DNA of 63,779 nt, the filler included, from Octopus bimaculoides (lineage: Eukaryota), in the NCBI RefSeq assembly GCF_001194135.2. It is 7 parts of 6 records of this genome, joined end to end, with 100 filler letters (N's around TTAATTAATTAA, not from the genome) between each part and the next. Parts side by side here need not be neighbours in the genome. Positions count along the whole stretch, not along the records: positions 34,760 to 44,506 come from NC_069001.1; positions 44,607 to 46,101 come from NW_026337203.1; positions 46,202 to 54,236 come from NC_069001.1; 4 more parts are not named here. One strand, given 5' to 3'. The translations under genes were made by a program, and so were the position numbers. Below are positions 35,901-50,032 of the stretch, one piece after another. Each line of letters starts with the position of its first letter. The stretch's first letter is position 1. The notes under the pieces were generated by a model. The model ran no database searches. It saw nothing but the letters and a program-made list of their open reading frames with translations, and was not told the DNA's origin.

Positions 35901-37189
35901 TCTCAGTATATCTATGATATTATGATATTTGCCATATAAATTTATGGCTCATTCGGCGAAATGCCGATGTTTATACTAAATATTGATAAAAGCAGCAAGG
36001 CGCAATATAAGAAGAACTTAGTCGTCACTAATTGTGACTGAAGGTGCTGAGACCACGTACAAGTGTGTGTGTGTGTGGTTGTGAATGTGCATGTGTGCGC
36101 GCAGACACACACACACACTCACGCACACAAACAAACACACGTCCACTCTCAGGTATAATACGTTGCAGTGTATGTCAATACATTCGGGTACATATTTACA
36201 AAAACTGCTTTATTTGGTCGTCCAAAAATTACTCGGCGTTTACGACGGAGCGGGGACGTGATGACGTCATGACTACGGCGACGCTGATGATGATGATGAC
36301 GAGGACGACGATGAAGATGACGACGACGACTATGATGCTGAAGATGAAGACGGTGAAGTTGTTAATGATGCGGAGGGGAAAGAAATGTGATGACTACGAT
36401 GACGATACTGACTATGGCCACTATGACGATGATGATGATGATGATGACACAAGCCGCGCTCACAAATGCACACACACATACACACACATACACACACACA
36501 CATACACACACATTCTCACTCACCCACAGAGACACATACCACACACATACACACACACAGACACACACCCACACTAAAACACACCCACGCTCACACACAC
36601 ACANNNNNNNNNNNNNNNNNNNNNNNNNNNNNNNNNNNNNNNNNNNNNNNNNNNNNNNNNNNNNNNNNNNNNNNNNNNNNNNNNNNNNNNNNNNNNNNNN
36701 NNNNNNNNNNNNNNNNNNNNNNNNNNNNNNNNNNNNNNNNNNNNNNNNNNNNNNNNNNNNNNNNNNNNNNNNNNNNNNNNNNNNNNNNNNNNNNNNNNNN
36801 NNNNNNNNNNNNNNNNNNNNNNNNNNNNNNNNNNNNNNNNNNNNNNNNNNNNNNNNNNNNNNNNNNNNNNNNNNNNNNNNNNNNNNNNNNNNNNNNNNNN
36901 NNNNNNNNNNNNNNNNNNNNNNNNNNNNNNNNNNNNNNNNNNNNNNNNNNNNNNNNNNNNNNNNNNNNNNNNNNNNNNNNNNNNNNNNNNNNNNNNNNNN
37001 NNNNNNNNNNNNNNNNNNNNNNNNNNNNNNNNNNNNNNNNNNNNNNNNNNNNNNNNNNNNNNNNNNNNNNNNNNNNNNNNNNNNNNNNNNNNNNNNNNNN
37101 NNNNNNNNNNNNNNNNNNNNNNNNNNNNNNNNNNNNNNNNNNNNNNNNNNNNNNNNNNNNNNNNNNNNNNNNNNNNNNNNNNNNNNNNN

Positions 37190-37235
<46 letters not shown>

Positions 37236-37984
37236 CACATGCAAATAATGTATTAGATATATAAAAAATATTAATTACATACACAGACATGCACGCACGT
37301 GCACACACATACGCACACAGACATACACACACGCACGCACATACATGCATACCAGATTGTATACGTATGTTTTCATTTGATACCTAGATACATGCAAATA
37401 TACATCGTTTAGCTACACCCATCCACGGACGCTCACGCGCATACACGTATGTGTGTGTCGTGTGTGTGTGTGTCGTGTGTGTGTACGTGTCTGTCTGTAT
37501 GTGCATACGTGTGTGCGTGCGTGTGTGTATACGTGTGTGAGTGTGTGTGTGCATGTGTCAAGGCCGACAGGAAGCGGTCCAGCTTCCTAGGGCTAAACAG
37601 CAGTAGTGTATTCCCTTATTGGGATTGTCACATTAAGTTGACAATATACTACAACTTTGTCGCTCCACTACTGCTTAAATCTCTCTGAGAGATTTAGAAA
37701 TATTATATTTCTAATATATATATATAGTTAATCTCCAAAAACTGAGAAAAAACACTAAAAAGCAACACGAGGACGTGATAAATGCACTCATACATACATA
37801 CATACATACATACATATGCACGCATGCATGTATGCGTGTACATATATACCAACATGCAGTCGGCGCCATTAATCTTGAGAAGAGATAGAACCCAAAGATG
37901 AAAGGCAGATGGTATCACTGAAATGTCATCAAATCTGAAAATTCATAATGTTCAGAATCGCCCTCATACTTGTCTATATTGGCT

Positions 37985-38350
37985 GTCTGTTAACAAGCTA
38001 GCTTCCCAACCACATGGTTCCGAGTTCAGTCCCACTGCATGACACCTTGAACAAGTGTCTTCTACTATAGATTTGAGCCGACCAAAGCCCTCTGAGTGGA
38101 TTTGGTAGACGGAAACTGAAAGAAGCTCGTTGAATATATATATGTATATGTCTGTCTGTCTGTATGTATGTATGTATTTATTTATGCACGCATGTATGTA
38201 TGTATGCATGTATGCATGTATGTATGCATGTATGTATGTATGTATTTATGTGTCTGTGTGCGTTCTCTGCCATCGCTTGACAACTGATGTTGATGTGTTT
38301 TTGTCCCGTAACCTAGCGGATCGGCAAAAGAGCCCGAAAGAAGTGAAAGA
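37985..38350 (+). mobile_element. SINE family A with expanded internal (TATG)n
   Basis: cttcccaaccacatggttccgagttcagtcccactgc..accttgaacaagtgtcttctactatag, then microsatellite, then ccatcgcttgacaac...cgtaacctagcggatcggcaaaagag. Confidence 0.75.
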
Positions 38351-38377
38351 ATAGCAGAATAAAAGAATACACAAACG

Positions 38378-38458
<81 letters not shown>

Positions 38459-40129
38459 TCATATATACATATACATGGACTAGAAAAATAGCCGGCAACT
38501 GATGAAGGGTCGTTCCTTGTGTTGCTTGTCTTGTTTTCCATTTGTTTCTTTCGTTGCTTGCAAAAAAAAAAATAAAAGCCCTTATTCCATGTCCTCGTAT
38601 TTCGTTTTATTTGTCGTTTATGTTTTGTGACGTCCTGTGCCCACGTATGCATATGTACATACGTCAACATGTAAGTATGTACGTATACGTATGTATATAT
38701 GCATATATATAAATCACCGTTAGATAATATAAACACCAGTCTGAGACAGGAAAAGGGATCACTGCCGTCAAAGAGTCTGTTACATTCGTCTGTCCCCAGC
38801 ATTAGAATATCTTCAGAAACTGGTTATTCTGCTTTTCGCCAGGAACTCGAGTAATTTATTCTTTTATTCGTGAAACATTCAATCCGGTCTGTGGGATTCA
38901 CTCGAATTTTCCTTCCCTTTCTTTATCTGTCAGATTTGTGAATAGCCTTAGAACTCTTCGGTGTGCGGCAACGAGGAGTTCTGAGCCCATTGTTATAAAG
39001 CAGCGAATGTTTTCTATGCGTGAGATTTAGGGTGGAAAACAACATCAGTGACAGGAACGACAATAGCAGTAGAGGCAGCAGCAGCAGCAGCAGCAGCAGG
39101 AGTAGGGGGACAAAGTCGACCTCGGTGCAGTTTGTACTCAGGACGTAAAGAGTCGGAAGAAATACCGCTATGCATTTTGTTCGACGCGCTAACGATTCTG
39201 CCAAGTCGCTGCATTAAACACATGTAATAAGGATTCCAAATTTTAGCACAAAGCCAGCAATTGCAGACAGGGGTGCTTATCCATGACACCGACCCCAGTA
39301 CTTATCTGCTACTTTGACTGTATCGACCTCCGAAGGGTTAAACGGCAAAATAGATCTTGGTGGGACTTGAACTAGAAATTAAAGAATCAGAAGAAAGGCC
39401 GCTAAGAATTCTGTCGGACGTGCTACCGATTCGACCACCGCACCACCTTAATCACAAGTAATACCTCTTTCAAATTTTGGCACAGGGCCAGCAATTTCGG
39501 GAGAGGGGGGGGGGCTAGTTGATTACATCGACCCCAGTTCTTGACTGGTACTTAATTTATCGACTCTGAAAGGATGAAAAGTAAAGTCGACTTTAACGTA
39601 ATTTGAACTCAGAACGTAAAGACGGACGAAATGCCGTAAAGCATTTTGTCCGACGCGCTTATATCACAAGTGATAATAGCAACACGCTAATCGTCAAGTC
39701 ATTCGACAATATTCAGTCAATTAGGAAATAAAAATAAAATAAAATGGCCCGATGTTCATGTTAGATCATTCATTATATATATTAGAAGTTGGGTTACATA
39801 GTGGAATCAATTTAAGCGCTACACAGATTGATGCTGTTTGTTTGTAGTTCTTTTGAGTTCGGTATATTGGCTCTCGCAGCAGAAGGAGCTCACCTATATT
39901 GGTATACATACATGTATATATATACATATATAAAATATATGTTATTGGTAAGTTGTAGAGGCAAGGATTGAAGTAGAGGAGACCAAAAAAGATTTCGGAA
40001 TTAAAACATGAAATGTGTTGATGATGGTTCCATATATATGTGTGTGTGTGTATGTATGTATATGCACATATATACAGTATATATATATATATATTTCCAT
40101 ATATATATGTGTGTTGGAGTGAAGATATT

Positions 40130-40384
40130 TTAGATAATAGAGAAACAGAGGGAGGGAGGGAGAGAGTAAGAGAGAGAGGGGGTAGAGGGTAGAGAAAGAA
40201 ATTAGAGGGAGGAAGAGAGAAAAAGATTTGAGAGAGGGGAAGAGAAAAACAGAAAGGGAGAGAGATAATGGGAGAAAGAGAAAGAGGAGGACAGAATGAC
40301 AGATAAACAAGAAGGAGAGACAGAGAGAAAAACAGAGATAGAGAGAGAGATGAAAAGACAGAAAGACAGAGATANNNNNNNNNN

Positions 40385-40428
<44 letters not shown>

Positions 40429-40462
40429 AAGAGATGAAGAGACAGAAAGACAGAGATAGGAA

Positions 40463-40499
<37 letters not shown>

Positions 40500-40580
40500 G
40501 AACAAAAAGAGAGAAGGAGAAAGGGAGATAGAGAAAGAAGCAGAGAGAGAAAGAAGCAGAGAGAGAAAGAGAGAAAATGC
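40130..40580. repeat. (GA)-rich purine tract
   Basis: Directly visible; source of several spurious S/L-rich and R/E-rich ORFs. Confidence 0.9.
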
Positions 40581-40851
40581 GATAAGAACAAATTTAGAAA
40601 AAAAAAATAAAACAAAAATTATTCCAGACATCATAATAAACAAATAAAGAAATATTTATACAAACGATTAAAAAAATAAATAGATATATAAATAGATAAA
40701 ATGAATAAATAAATGAAGGTGTTTATAACTATTTGTGTAGATTTAGAGATCTTTGAGTCGGAAATGGAGACAGACAGACAAATTGGGAGGAGAGGAAAAG
40801 AAAAATGAAATAAAAGTAAAATAAAGCATTTAGAAGAGTAATCAAATGAAC

Positions 40852-40901
<50 letters not shown>

Positions 40902-41249
40902 TGTATGTGTGCGTAAATATATTTGTCAGAATGTACACACACACACTTGTATATGTGTGTGTGTATATATATACATATATGGTTCTGTGTATTTATGTAA
41001 GTACGAAAGCAAATTGTGTACGTATGTACGTACAGTTTTATATAAGATACAAATGACGCAGACGTTTAAATTAGAAATGGATGTTGTCGTCTGCTATTGG
41101 GAAGTTAATATGTCTGACTGGAAATTTTCGTAAAATAGATTGATTGACAGAAAAGTATTGTTCGTTGAGCTTACAGCAGAAACGTTCTAAGAAAACAACA
41201 ACAATGACGACGACGACGATGATGATGATGATGATTATATTATATTTAT

Positions 41250-41470
41250 TCTCGTTTATCACGGGAATTTGATTTCAAAAAACAAGTGATAAATGAATCA
41301 TCTCCATGCACTTCGTAAATGGAACAAATGGGAGATTTATTGACACCAAAATCGTGGCCTACAGCAGTGAAGCGTACACCCTCCCGTACTTTCTTGTTCA
41401 TCTCTACCCTTTTGTTTCTTTTCTTAGGAAAATACACTCGTCTCCTTCGTTTGTTTGATTCAGACATCTT
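41250..41470 (-). mobile_element. Possible Tigger/pogo transposase N-terminal (CENP-B-like HTH) relic
   Basis: MSESNKRRRRVYF...REGVRFTAVGHDFGVNKSPICSI resembles the G.S.AAVGR.FGVNESTIRSI motif. Short and degraded. Confidence 0.45.
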
Positions 41471-41778
41471 AATATTTTTTTCCGTTCACTGGTCCCATGT
41501 TGATAAGTGCAAGTTTGTGAATCCGTATAAAAAAAATAAAAATACGCATTCTCGCAATACGATCTTGTAAGCAGAAGCGAAAGCCAGTTCATTCTGGGTA
41601 ACTGAGCATTGTGGGTAGTCACTAGAGTGCGTTGTTGCGGTCCAAGCACAAACTTTGACCGATTACCGACCCGTGTTAAGACAGATCAATCAGTGATAAG
41701 CGTAACATGGTTCACAGTTGATCGTACATTGTCATACCGGATAAGCGATGAATGAATCAGCGATGAACGAAGCTACAT

Positions 41779-41817
<39 letters not shown>

Positions 41818-43309
41818 CTTCAAGGCACAATGTCGATTTGATGAAGAAAGCAAGATTATGTCAACACAAGCATTTCATCACTATAAATAAATCATCTGTG
41901 TGGTTGTTCAGCAAGAAATTGCGGAATCTTCATTCGTCGTCTAAAGATGGGAAAGTCCGTGGTGCACACACGCACACACACACACATAGTGAAATATAAT
42001 TATAAATATAAATATAGACACACAAACACAAACACACATACATACACATAGNNNNNNNNNNNNNNNNNNNNNNNNNNNNNNNNNNNNNNNNNNNNNNNNN
42101 NNNNNNNNNNNNNNNNNNNNNNNNNNNNNNNNNNNNNNNNNNNNNNNNNNNNNNNNNNNNNNNNNNNNNNNNNNNNNNNNNNNNNNNNNNNNNNNNNNNN
42201 NNNNNNNNNNNNNNNNNNNNNNNNNNNNNNNNNNNNNNNNNNNNNNNNNNNNNNNNNNNNNNNNNNNNNNNNNNNNNNNNNNNNNNNNNNNNNNNNNNNN
42301 NNNNNNNNNNNNNNNNNNNNNNNNNNNNNNNNNNNNNNNNNNNNNNNNNNNNNNNNNNNNNNNNNNNNNNNNNNNNNNNNNNNNNNNNNNNNNNNNNNNN
42401 NNNNNNNNNNNNNNNNNNNNNNNNNNNNNNNNNNNNNNNNNNNNNNNNNNNNNNNNNNNNNNNNNNNNNNNNNNNNNNNNNNNNNNNNNNNNNNNNNNNN
42501 NNNNNNNNNNNNNNNNNNNNNNNNNNNNNNNNNNNNNNNNNNNNNNNNNNNNNNNNNNNNNNNNNNNNNNNNNNNNNNNNNNNNNNNNNNNNNNNNNNNN
42601 NNNNNNNNNNNNNNNNNNNNNNNNNNNNNNNNNNNNNNNNNNNNNNNNNNNNNNNNNNNNNNNNNNNNNNNNNNNNNNNNNNNNNNNNNNNNNNNNNNNN
42701 NNNNNNNNNNNNNNNNNNNNNNNNNNNNNNNNNNNNNNNNNNNNNNNNNNNNNNNNNNNNNNNNNNNNNNNNNNNNNNNNNNNNNNNNNNNNNNNNNNNN
42801 NNNNNNNNNNNNNNNNNNNNNNNNNNNNNNNNNNNNNNNNNNNNNNNNNNNNNNNNNNNNNNNNNNNNNNNNNNNNNNNNNNNNNNNNNNNNNNNNNNNN
42901 NNNNNNNNNNNNNNNNNNNNNNNNNNNNNNNNNNNNNNNNNNNNNNNNNNNNNNNNNNNNNNNNNNNNNNNNNNNNNNNNNNNNCACCAACCACCACCAC
43001 CACCACCACCACCGCCATTGCTATCATCCTCTTAAGTATCGTCTGCCTAACTGTCTCTGTCCCGCATCCACCTTCTCTGCGCCATCCTTAACAATGACAT
43101 CTTAAAAACAAGAACGACAATTAACAATAAAATGGTTAACAAAGGCAACAAGTATAAAGTGCGAAGGTAGGTGGGTGCGTGCGCACACACACATACACAC
43201 ACACACATACATACATACATACATACATAATACATACATACATACATATAATGCATGCTCACACACTTCTACGTACGCACACACATGCATATGCACCATC
43301 GATATATGC

Positions 43310-43363
<54 letters not shown>

Positions 43364-43564
43364 NNNNNNNNNNNNNNNNNNNNNNNNNNNNNNNNNNNNN
43401 NNNNNNNNNNNNNNNNNNNNNNNNNNNNNNNNNNNNNNNNNNNNNNNNNNNNNNNNNNNNNNNNNNNNNNNNNNNNNNNNNNNNNNNNNNNNNNNNNNNN
43501 NNNNNNNNNNNNNNNNTTTTTTTTTAATGACACCACCATCCCCACCATCACCACCTCTTCAACG

Positions 43565-43599
<35 letters not shown>

Positions 43600-44229
43600 C
43601 AGCAGAATTGGAACAGTTTTAATAATAATAACAATGGCCCACTCCCGGACCCCATCCCACACCGTGACAACACCATCAGTGACATCATCTTCACCACCAC
43701 CATCAATATCACCACCACCGCAACTAACAACAACAACAACAGCAGCAGCAGCATCAATAGCAAACAGCAGCCGAAACCACAGATACCAGCTTCAGTAAGA
43801 CAACAATTCCAAGAACAACATCAAGGCTTTTTCATAAAACCGCAACAATCGTAGAAACGAGAGCCTTGAACTGCAATAACAATAATTGGAAGAATAACGA
43901 TTGACAACTACAAGAACAAAACAGCACCAGCCATGAAACGTCCACAAAAGCAACAACAACAAAAGCAAATCCCCGCACTAGACTCAGTAATATTTATTTA
44001 CTGGCATCAAACCACAGCATACATCGATCAGAATTGGGTCCCTATTAAACATAACTAGTCCCAGAACATTTTGATACCACCTCGTAGATCAGAAGTGGGT
44101 CCCAAGACCCTTAGGGTCCACGGACAAATCAATGTACTAAACCCTATAGTATTTATTTGTTGACAGCAAATCCCAGCATGCAATGATCGGAACCGGCTCC
44201 CTAAAGCCGCGATGGTTCCAAGCAGCTAG

Positions 44230-44506
44230 CATGTGTGTCTATGCCATAAAGCGGCACTGCCCAAATGTTATCTCTTAGATCGAGAGTTTCTTCTCAGATC
44301 GTTCTGTTGCTGCGTGCGTTGACGGAACTAAAACTTTGTCCTGCCCCTCTTTCTACCAACAACGGTGTCCCCCCAGGGTCGGGACAGAAAGATCTCCACC
44401 CAATAGTTCCACTTCTACACATGAATGACCTCCCTGCCGCCACATCCGACAAAACTTACTCTTATTCTCACCATTCTCCAGCCATGCAATTATCCATCCG
44501 TGACCT
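44230..44506 (+). mobile_element. Degraded non-LTR retrotransposon RT fragment
   Basis: STNNGVPPGSGQKDLHPIVPLLHMNDLPAATSDKTYSYSHHS aligns by eye to GVPQGSVLSP.LFLLHINDL...SYADDS. Confidence 0.6.
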
Positions 44507-46299
44507 NNNNNNNNNNNNNNNNNNNNNNNNNNNNNNNNNNNNNNNNNNNNTTAATTAATTAANNNNNNNNNNNNNNNNNNNNNNNNNNNNNNNNNNNNNN
44601 NNNNNNTCACCAATCAAATTTCAAATGTTAATATGAATATTATTTTAAATATAAATAATATATAACAGCTGATAATGGCAACAATAAACGCAGAGTAGCT
44701 TACCATACTAGAAACTCCCCATCCTTGAGTCACTGGTAATAAAAGTCTGAAGGGAGAATAAAATTCGTAGTGCTAAAACTTTGCTTAACTATAGAAAGGA
44801 TAAGAAAAGCAAATGAAAGATATCTAAAAACTTGAGCCTTTTCCTTACTTCTAAACTGTCTGCTATCCCATGAAAATAAATGTGAAGTTTCAAACAAAAG
44901 TTCAAGTTAATGTTGGGAAGAAAAACCTCACGCTTCATGTAAAATTGCAAGTGTTGAGGCACCAGTTATATATTAGTAAGTCATTAAATTGAGCTGCGTC
45001 AACGATTAGACTCACCATGAAAAGAATGTGGACAAAACATAAGCTTGTGCTACGATAAACACATGGTTATCAGTAAAGAAGTTGACTTGTCGAAAGAGTA
45101 ACTTTTAGGGAAAGAAATGGTAGATATACTTGCTACATTGATGGGAGAGACGAAACTGCTAGTAAGTCGACATTCATCATGGTATAAGAAGCATCTTTAA
45201 AAAGCATCTATAAGAAGCATCTTTAAAAATCTAAGAAAATGAAAATGTCATTAAATCATAAAGATTCGCAGATAACAAGAATATGTTTGATAGAAGCAAA
45301 CCAANNNNNNNNNNNNNNNNNNNNNNNNNNNNNNNNNNNNNNNNNNNNNNNNNNNNNNNNNNNNNNNNNNNNNNNNNNNNNNNNNNNNNNNNNNNNNNNN
45401 NNNNNNNNNNNNNNNNNNNNNNNNNNNNNNNNNNNNNNNNNNNNNNNNNNNNNNNNNNNNNNNNNNNNNNNNNNNNNNNNNNNNNNNNNNNNNNNNNNNN
45501 NNNNNNNNNNNNNNNNNNNNNNNNNNNNNNNNNNNNNNNNNNNNNNNNNNNNNNNNNNNNNNNNNNNNNNNNNNNNNNNCTGCTAGATTCTCTTCACCAT
45601 TCAGACCTATATTCTTGTCGAGATAGTTTACTCATTAGCAAACATCACTTTCTTTTTCCAACATATAAATCAGTGAGTAGTTTCTAATATCGACGCCTAT
45701 TACTCTCGAAAAACTTATCAAAGAAACAAATGACGAAGGACAAGTTGAAAAAATGACTATATCTAAAAAGAGCACAGGTAATATCTAAAAACAAACTGGA
45801 ATGAGTGACAAAGAACTGTATTAATAGAGTTTGGAAGAAACCGTGTCTAGAATCATCAAATTACTTCTTGGAACGTTAAGAAGAAATAGTACCAGCATTT
45901 ATCAATGGTATCGTGAGTTGGCGAATGAAGGAAGAATGTAAAATGTCAATGCAGACATCAACGGGAATTAGCACAGTGTCATGGTAAGAGTTTAAATCTT
46001 TTAGCCATTACTTGTTTCAATGCTCAGACGGCGACAGTGCTAGAACATGACTTTCAAAGGTTTCGCATGAACAAATTGATACCAGTACTTAATTTTAAGT
46101 TNNNNNNNNNNNNNNNNNNNNNNNNNNNNNNNNNNNNNNNNNNNNTTAATTAATTAANNNNNNNNNNNNNNNNNNNNNNNNNNNNNNNNNNNNNNNNNNN
46201 NTATATATATAAAGAGAGAGAGAGAGAGATAATTTATTTATTTATTTATGCGCTTCAGCCAAGTGGCTGTGGTCATGCTGGAGCACCACCGTGACTTTC

Positions 46300-46755
46300 C
46301 GTCTTTATGCTGTGCTCTCTTCACGTTCCTTGTATGGCTCTTCTCCTCCACCTGGTATGGTCCAATCAAGAGTTTTGATGGCACATCTGATGTATAAGAG
46401 AATTTGACATCGCTGCCCTAAACTGTGTCTCATTTCGAGCCATTGGCTAGTCTTGTATCGTGGATAGGAAAGTGTCGAGTTTTGTTTTGAAGACCTGTAT
46501 ATCCATGTCCTGCAGGTCTCTCAAGAGCATTAAAGAGCTGATGTCCTCTGAAACCGAGGCCGTTGCAGTACCTTGTTCTTATGTGAGGGGCAGTGGATGG
46601 TACCCTTGGTACCATGCAGTGGCGACCTGTGCGGACATTTGTGTAGTACTTGATGCCAAAGTTTGGTACCAGTCCTTCCAGTATTTTCCATATGTATATT
46701 ATTACATATCTCTCCCATCTACGAGAGCTGTATTAAAATTTTTGAGCCTTCAAGN
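46300..46755 (-). mobile_element. CR1/L2-like LINE 3' fragment
   Basis: Minus strand YSSRRWERYVIIYIWKILEGLVPNFGI...RTGRHCMVP...IRTRYCNGLGFRGHQLFNAL, a typical CR1-group ORF2 C-terminus. Confidence 0.7.
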
Positions 46756-47056
46756 NNNNNNNNNNNNNNNNNNNNNNNNNNNNNNNNNNNNNNNNNNNNN
46801 NNNNNNNNNNNNNNNNNNNNNNNNNNNNNNNNNNNNNNNNNNNNNNNNNNNNNNNNNNNNNNNNNNNNNNNNNNNNNNNNNNNNNNNNNNNNNNNNNNNN
46901 NNNNNNNNNNNNNNNNNNNNNNNNNNNNNNNNNNNNNNNNNNNNNNNNNNNNNNNNNNNNNNNNNNNNNNNNNNNNNNNNNNNNNNNNNNNNNNNNNNNN
47001 NNNNNNNNNNNNNNNNNNNNNNNNNNNNNNNNNNNNNNNNNNNNNNNNNNNNNNNN

Positions 47057-47090
<34 letters not shown>

Positions 47091-47199
47091 GTAGGTAGGT
47101 ATAGTGTGGAAGTCCTTGAATCTCTTGAGTTTACAGAACTGGTTCCGGAATAGAACAACAACGACACCAAAGTCAAGAATTTTGAAATAAAAAAACTAA

Positions 47200-48050
47200 G
47201 GCCCAAATTCTTTCCTTCTTTCTCTTCTTTTCTTCCTTTCATTTATTTGTCTTTTATTCTTCACCCTTTTTCTTCCTTCTTTTCTCAGATTATTTCATGT
47301 TTTTACAATTTTCTTAATTCTTTTCTGTCTGTATCTCTTTTTCTGTCATTCATTCATTCATTCATTCATTCATTCATTCCTTTGTTCTTTCATATTTGAT
47401 GCTTTCTCTCCTTACTCCTTCTTCCTTTGTGTCTCCTTATCATTTTCTCTCTGTCCTTCTTTCCTTCATTCATTCCTTCTCTCCTTTATGCCTTTTCTTT
47501 CTTCTTCAGATCTTTACTTCTTTTTTCTCTACTCTTTTATTTATTCTGTCTTGCTTCCTTTCTTTCCCTCTTTCATTATTTCTTCCCCGTACCGTTTTCA
47601 TTCTTTCCTTATTCCTTTCTCTCTGATTCATTCATATTTCCTTTGTTTCTTACTCTTCTTTCTTAACCCCTTGACCTTTATCTCATTCCTTCTTACATTC
47701 TTCTCTCCTCTCCTTTTCTTTCTTTCATTATCTTTCCTTCCCCTACTTCTTTCATTTCTTCCCTTTTACAATTCTTTTCCGGCTTTTTTGCCATGCTTCC
47801 ATTTTTGTATTCTTTCTCATCCCCAACTTTCTCTCTCACTCTCTCTCTCTCCTTCTCTCTCTCTCCTTCTCTCTCTCTCTCCTTCTCTCTCACTCTCTCC
47901 TTCTCTCTCTCTCTCAGTTTGTGTTTATAGCTTTCATTTTTCCCTTATTCATACACTCACCCTTTCTCTTTAATTCCTCCTCTTTTCCTCCGATTTTCTT
48001 TCCTTTTCATCTCTCATGTCTCGACCTCTTATTTTTTTCTTTCTCTCTGC
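47200..48050. repeat. (CT)-rich pyrimidine tract
   Basis: Directly visible, including (CATT)n and (CT)n. Confidence 0.85.
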
Positions 48051-48965
48051 TTCATACATACATGCATAGATGTGCATGTAAGCATCTATTTATCTCTATA
48101 CATAATCCACACACACAGAGAATTACTCCTGCTACTACGCCTCTTCCAATCCCCTCCTATATTCTGTATAAAACCAGATCCTTTCAGTTCTATTTCCTTC
48201 ACTATTTTCTGTTCACATTCGCGGTTTCAATTCGAACCCCTACCTATCACTTGACCACTGTCTTCCAACACCTTCACTACCACCAGCACTACCACAACAA
48301 CAACAGCAACAACAACACAAACAACTACACTGATATCAGTAAGCAACGTAACTATTATTAACTCCACCACGAGCAGCATCGGCGGTGCCGTTGCCATCAT
48401 AGCATCTACGAAGGGCACGGGAAGGTTTTCAGTACAGGTTTCTTTTCAACACAGGATGGTTTTCACCACAATAATTTTTAGTCAGATGTCGGCTCAATCA
48501 TATGTCTAATAAATAAATCAACTCCGGTTAACATCATCCGCAGTATTCTGCTTCACCGCCTATATCTCTGTCTACCTCTCTATATATACGTATATGATGA
48601 TGGCTTAACTGGCCGAAACTTCGAAGTTACTGGCAACAATATTCTTGTGTAATTAAAATAAATTTCTATTTTATAAAAGTGTAAAGTAACCCCTCAGATT
48701 AATGTAAAATTCTTTTTCTTATAACAGAATATAAAAACAGACATTAATATGTATGTATGTGTATAGGTTTGTCTATGTATTTATATTTATCCTTGTAACT
48801 ATGTAGATATATATACACACGTACGTACGACCTGTCTGTGTTTTCTTTGTATCGTCTATCTGTATGTTTTGTCCCACCTAACTGTATCACCTAACTGTCT
48901 GGACGTTTTGCGTCCTTATCCCATTCTGTATTATTTATACATACATACATACATACACACACACA

Positions 48966-49055
<90 letters not shown>

Positions 49056-49421
49056 CACACAGTATTTCCGTACAGGCATGCAAGTAATTAGAGTTAAGTC
49101 AGTCTATCTCTGAAATATTATGCAAACAGAACAATGCATCCTGTGTGGTGGTATGTTTGAGATACTCAGCCACTTCCACTGTAATTATAAGAAATTAAAT
49201 AAAGCAGAATAAACAAAAAAGAATTAATTTAAACTATTATATTATACTCCTTATCGTTACTCATTTATCCCCCACCCTCTCTTCTTCTTCACCCATATTC
49301 CTCCTCTTCTTTATTACCGATATTCTGTCTCCTCTTGTAGTCTTATTTCCGCTTTTTTTTTTGTAATCTTGTTTTCTTTTTTTATTTGTTTTTTTTATCC
49401 TTGGTGCTTCTTCTTTTTCAG

Positions 49422-49681
49422 TTCGTCACGGTCTGCGAGAACAGAAGAAAATGGAAGATCTCCAAATGAAGATTATCGACACATTACGAGACCACTGCAT
49501 CTATAACAGTGAAGCCCAGAAAAAACCTCATTTTTTCTCACGTATTCTCGGCAAGATAGCCGAACTGCGTTCTTTGAGCCGAGAAGGATTACAAAGATTG
49601 TTCTATTTTAAATTAGAAGACAGCATGAAAGTTCCAACTGTAATCGAAGATCTTTACTTGAATAGCCATTTACCATTTTGA
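49422..49681 (+). CDS. NR4A: NR4A-family nuclear receptor (Nurr1/Nur77/HR38), last coding exon, LBD C-terminus
   Basis: Very long pyrimidine tract and ttttcag acceptor. Translates (x)RHGLREQKKMEDLQMKIIDTLRDHCIYNSEAQKKPHFFSRILGKIAELRSLSREGLQRLFYFKLEDSMKVPTVIEDLYLNSHLPF*, matching the NR4A signatures RHGL.E.K..E.LQ.KI, LGK..ELR.L...GLQR.FY.KLED and terminal LPF. Confidence 0.92.
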
Positions 49682-49998
49682 AACAGAAGAAACAGTAAAA
49701 AAAAAAAAAGACAAAAAAGGAAAACTTTAAAACAAAAACAAAAAAAAATCACACGAAATTTATATATAAAATAAAACATCAAAGAACTAATATATAAGAA
49801 AAAAACAATGCAAACATAAATAAATAAACGAAGTCACGAAAAATATATAATATAATATTATATAACTTAACAAATAATAAAGAAAGTAAAAGATGGAGAG
49901 AATGAGAGAGAGACAGAGAGACAGAGAACTATACAGACAGATAAACAGTGTTAGAGTGAGAAAGAAATAAAGAGAGCGAGAGAGAGAGGATGCAATCG

Positions 49999-50032
<34 letters not shown>

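Noticed and set aside
36044-37350. Long ORFs rich in M/T/H/Y/I/X in the ORF track
   Set aside because: Translations of (GAT)n, (CA)n, (TA)n and N runs. The same applies to the ORFs at 40-43 kb, 47-48 kb, 50-55 kb and 60-61 kb.
38490-38530. CTGATGAAGG...CCTT as a hammerhead
   Set aside because: No GAAA after the hairpin and no stem I or III. It may still be a repeat fragment.
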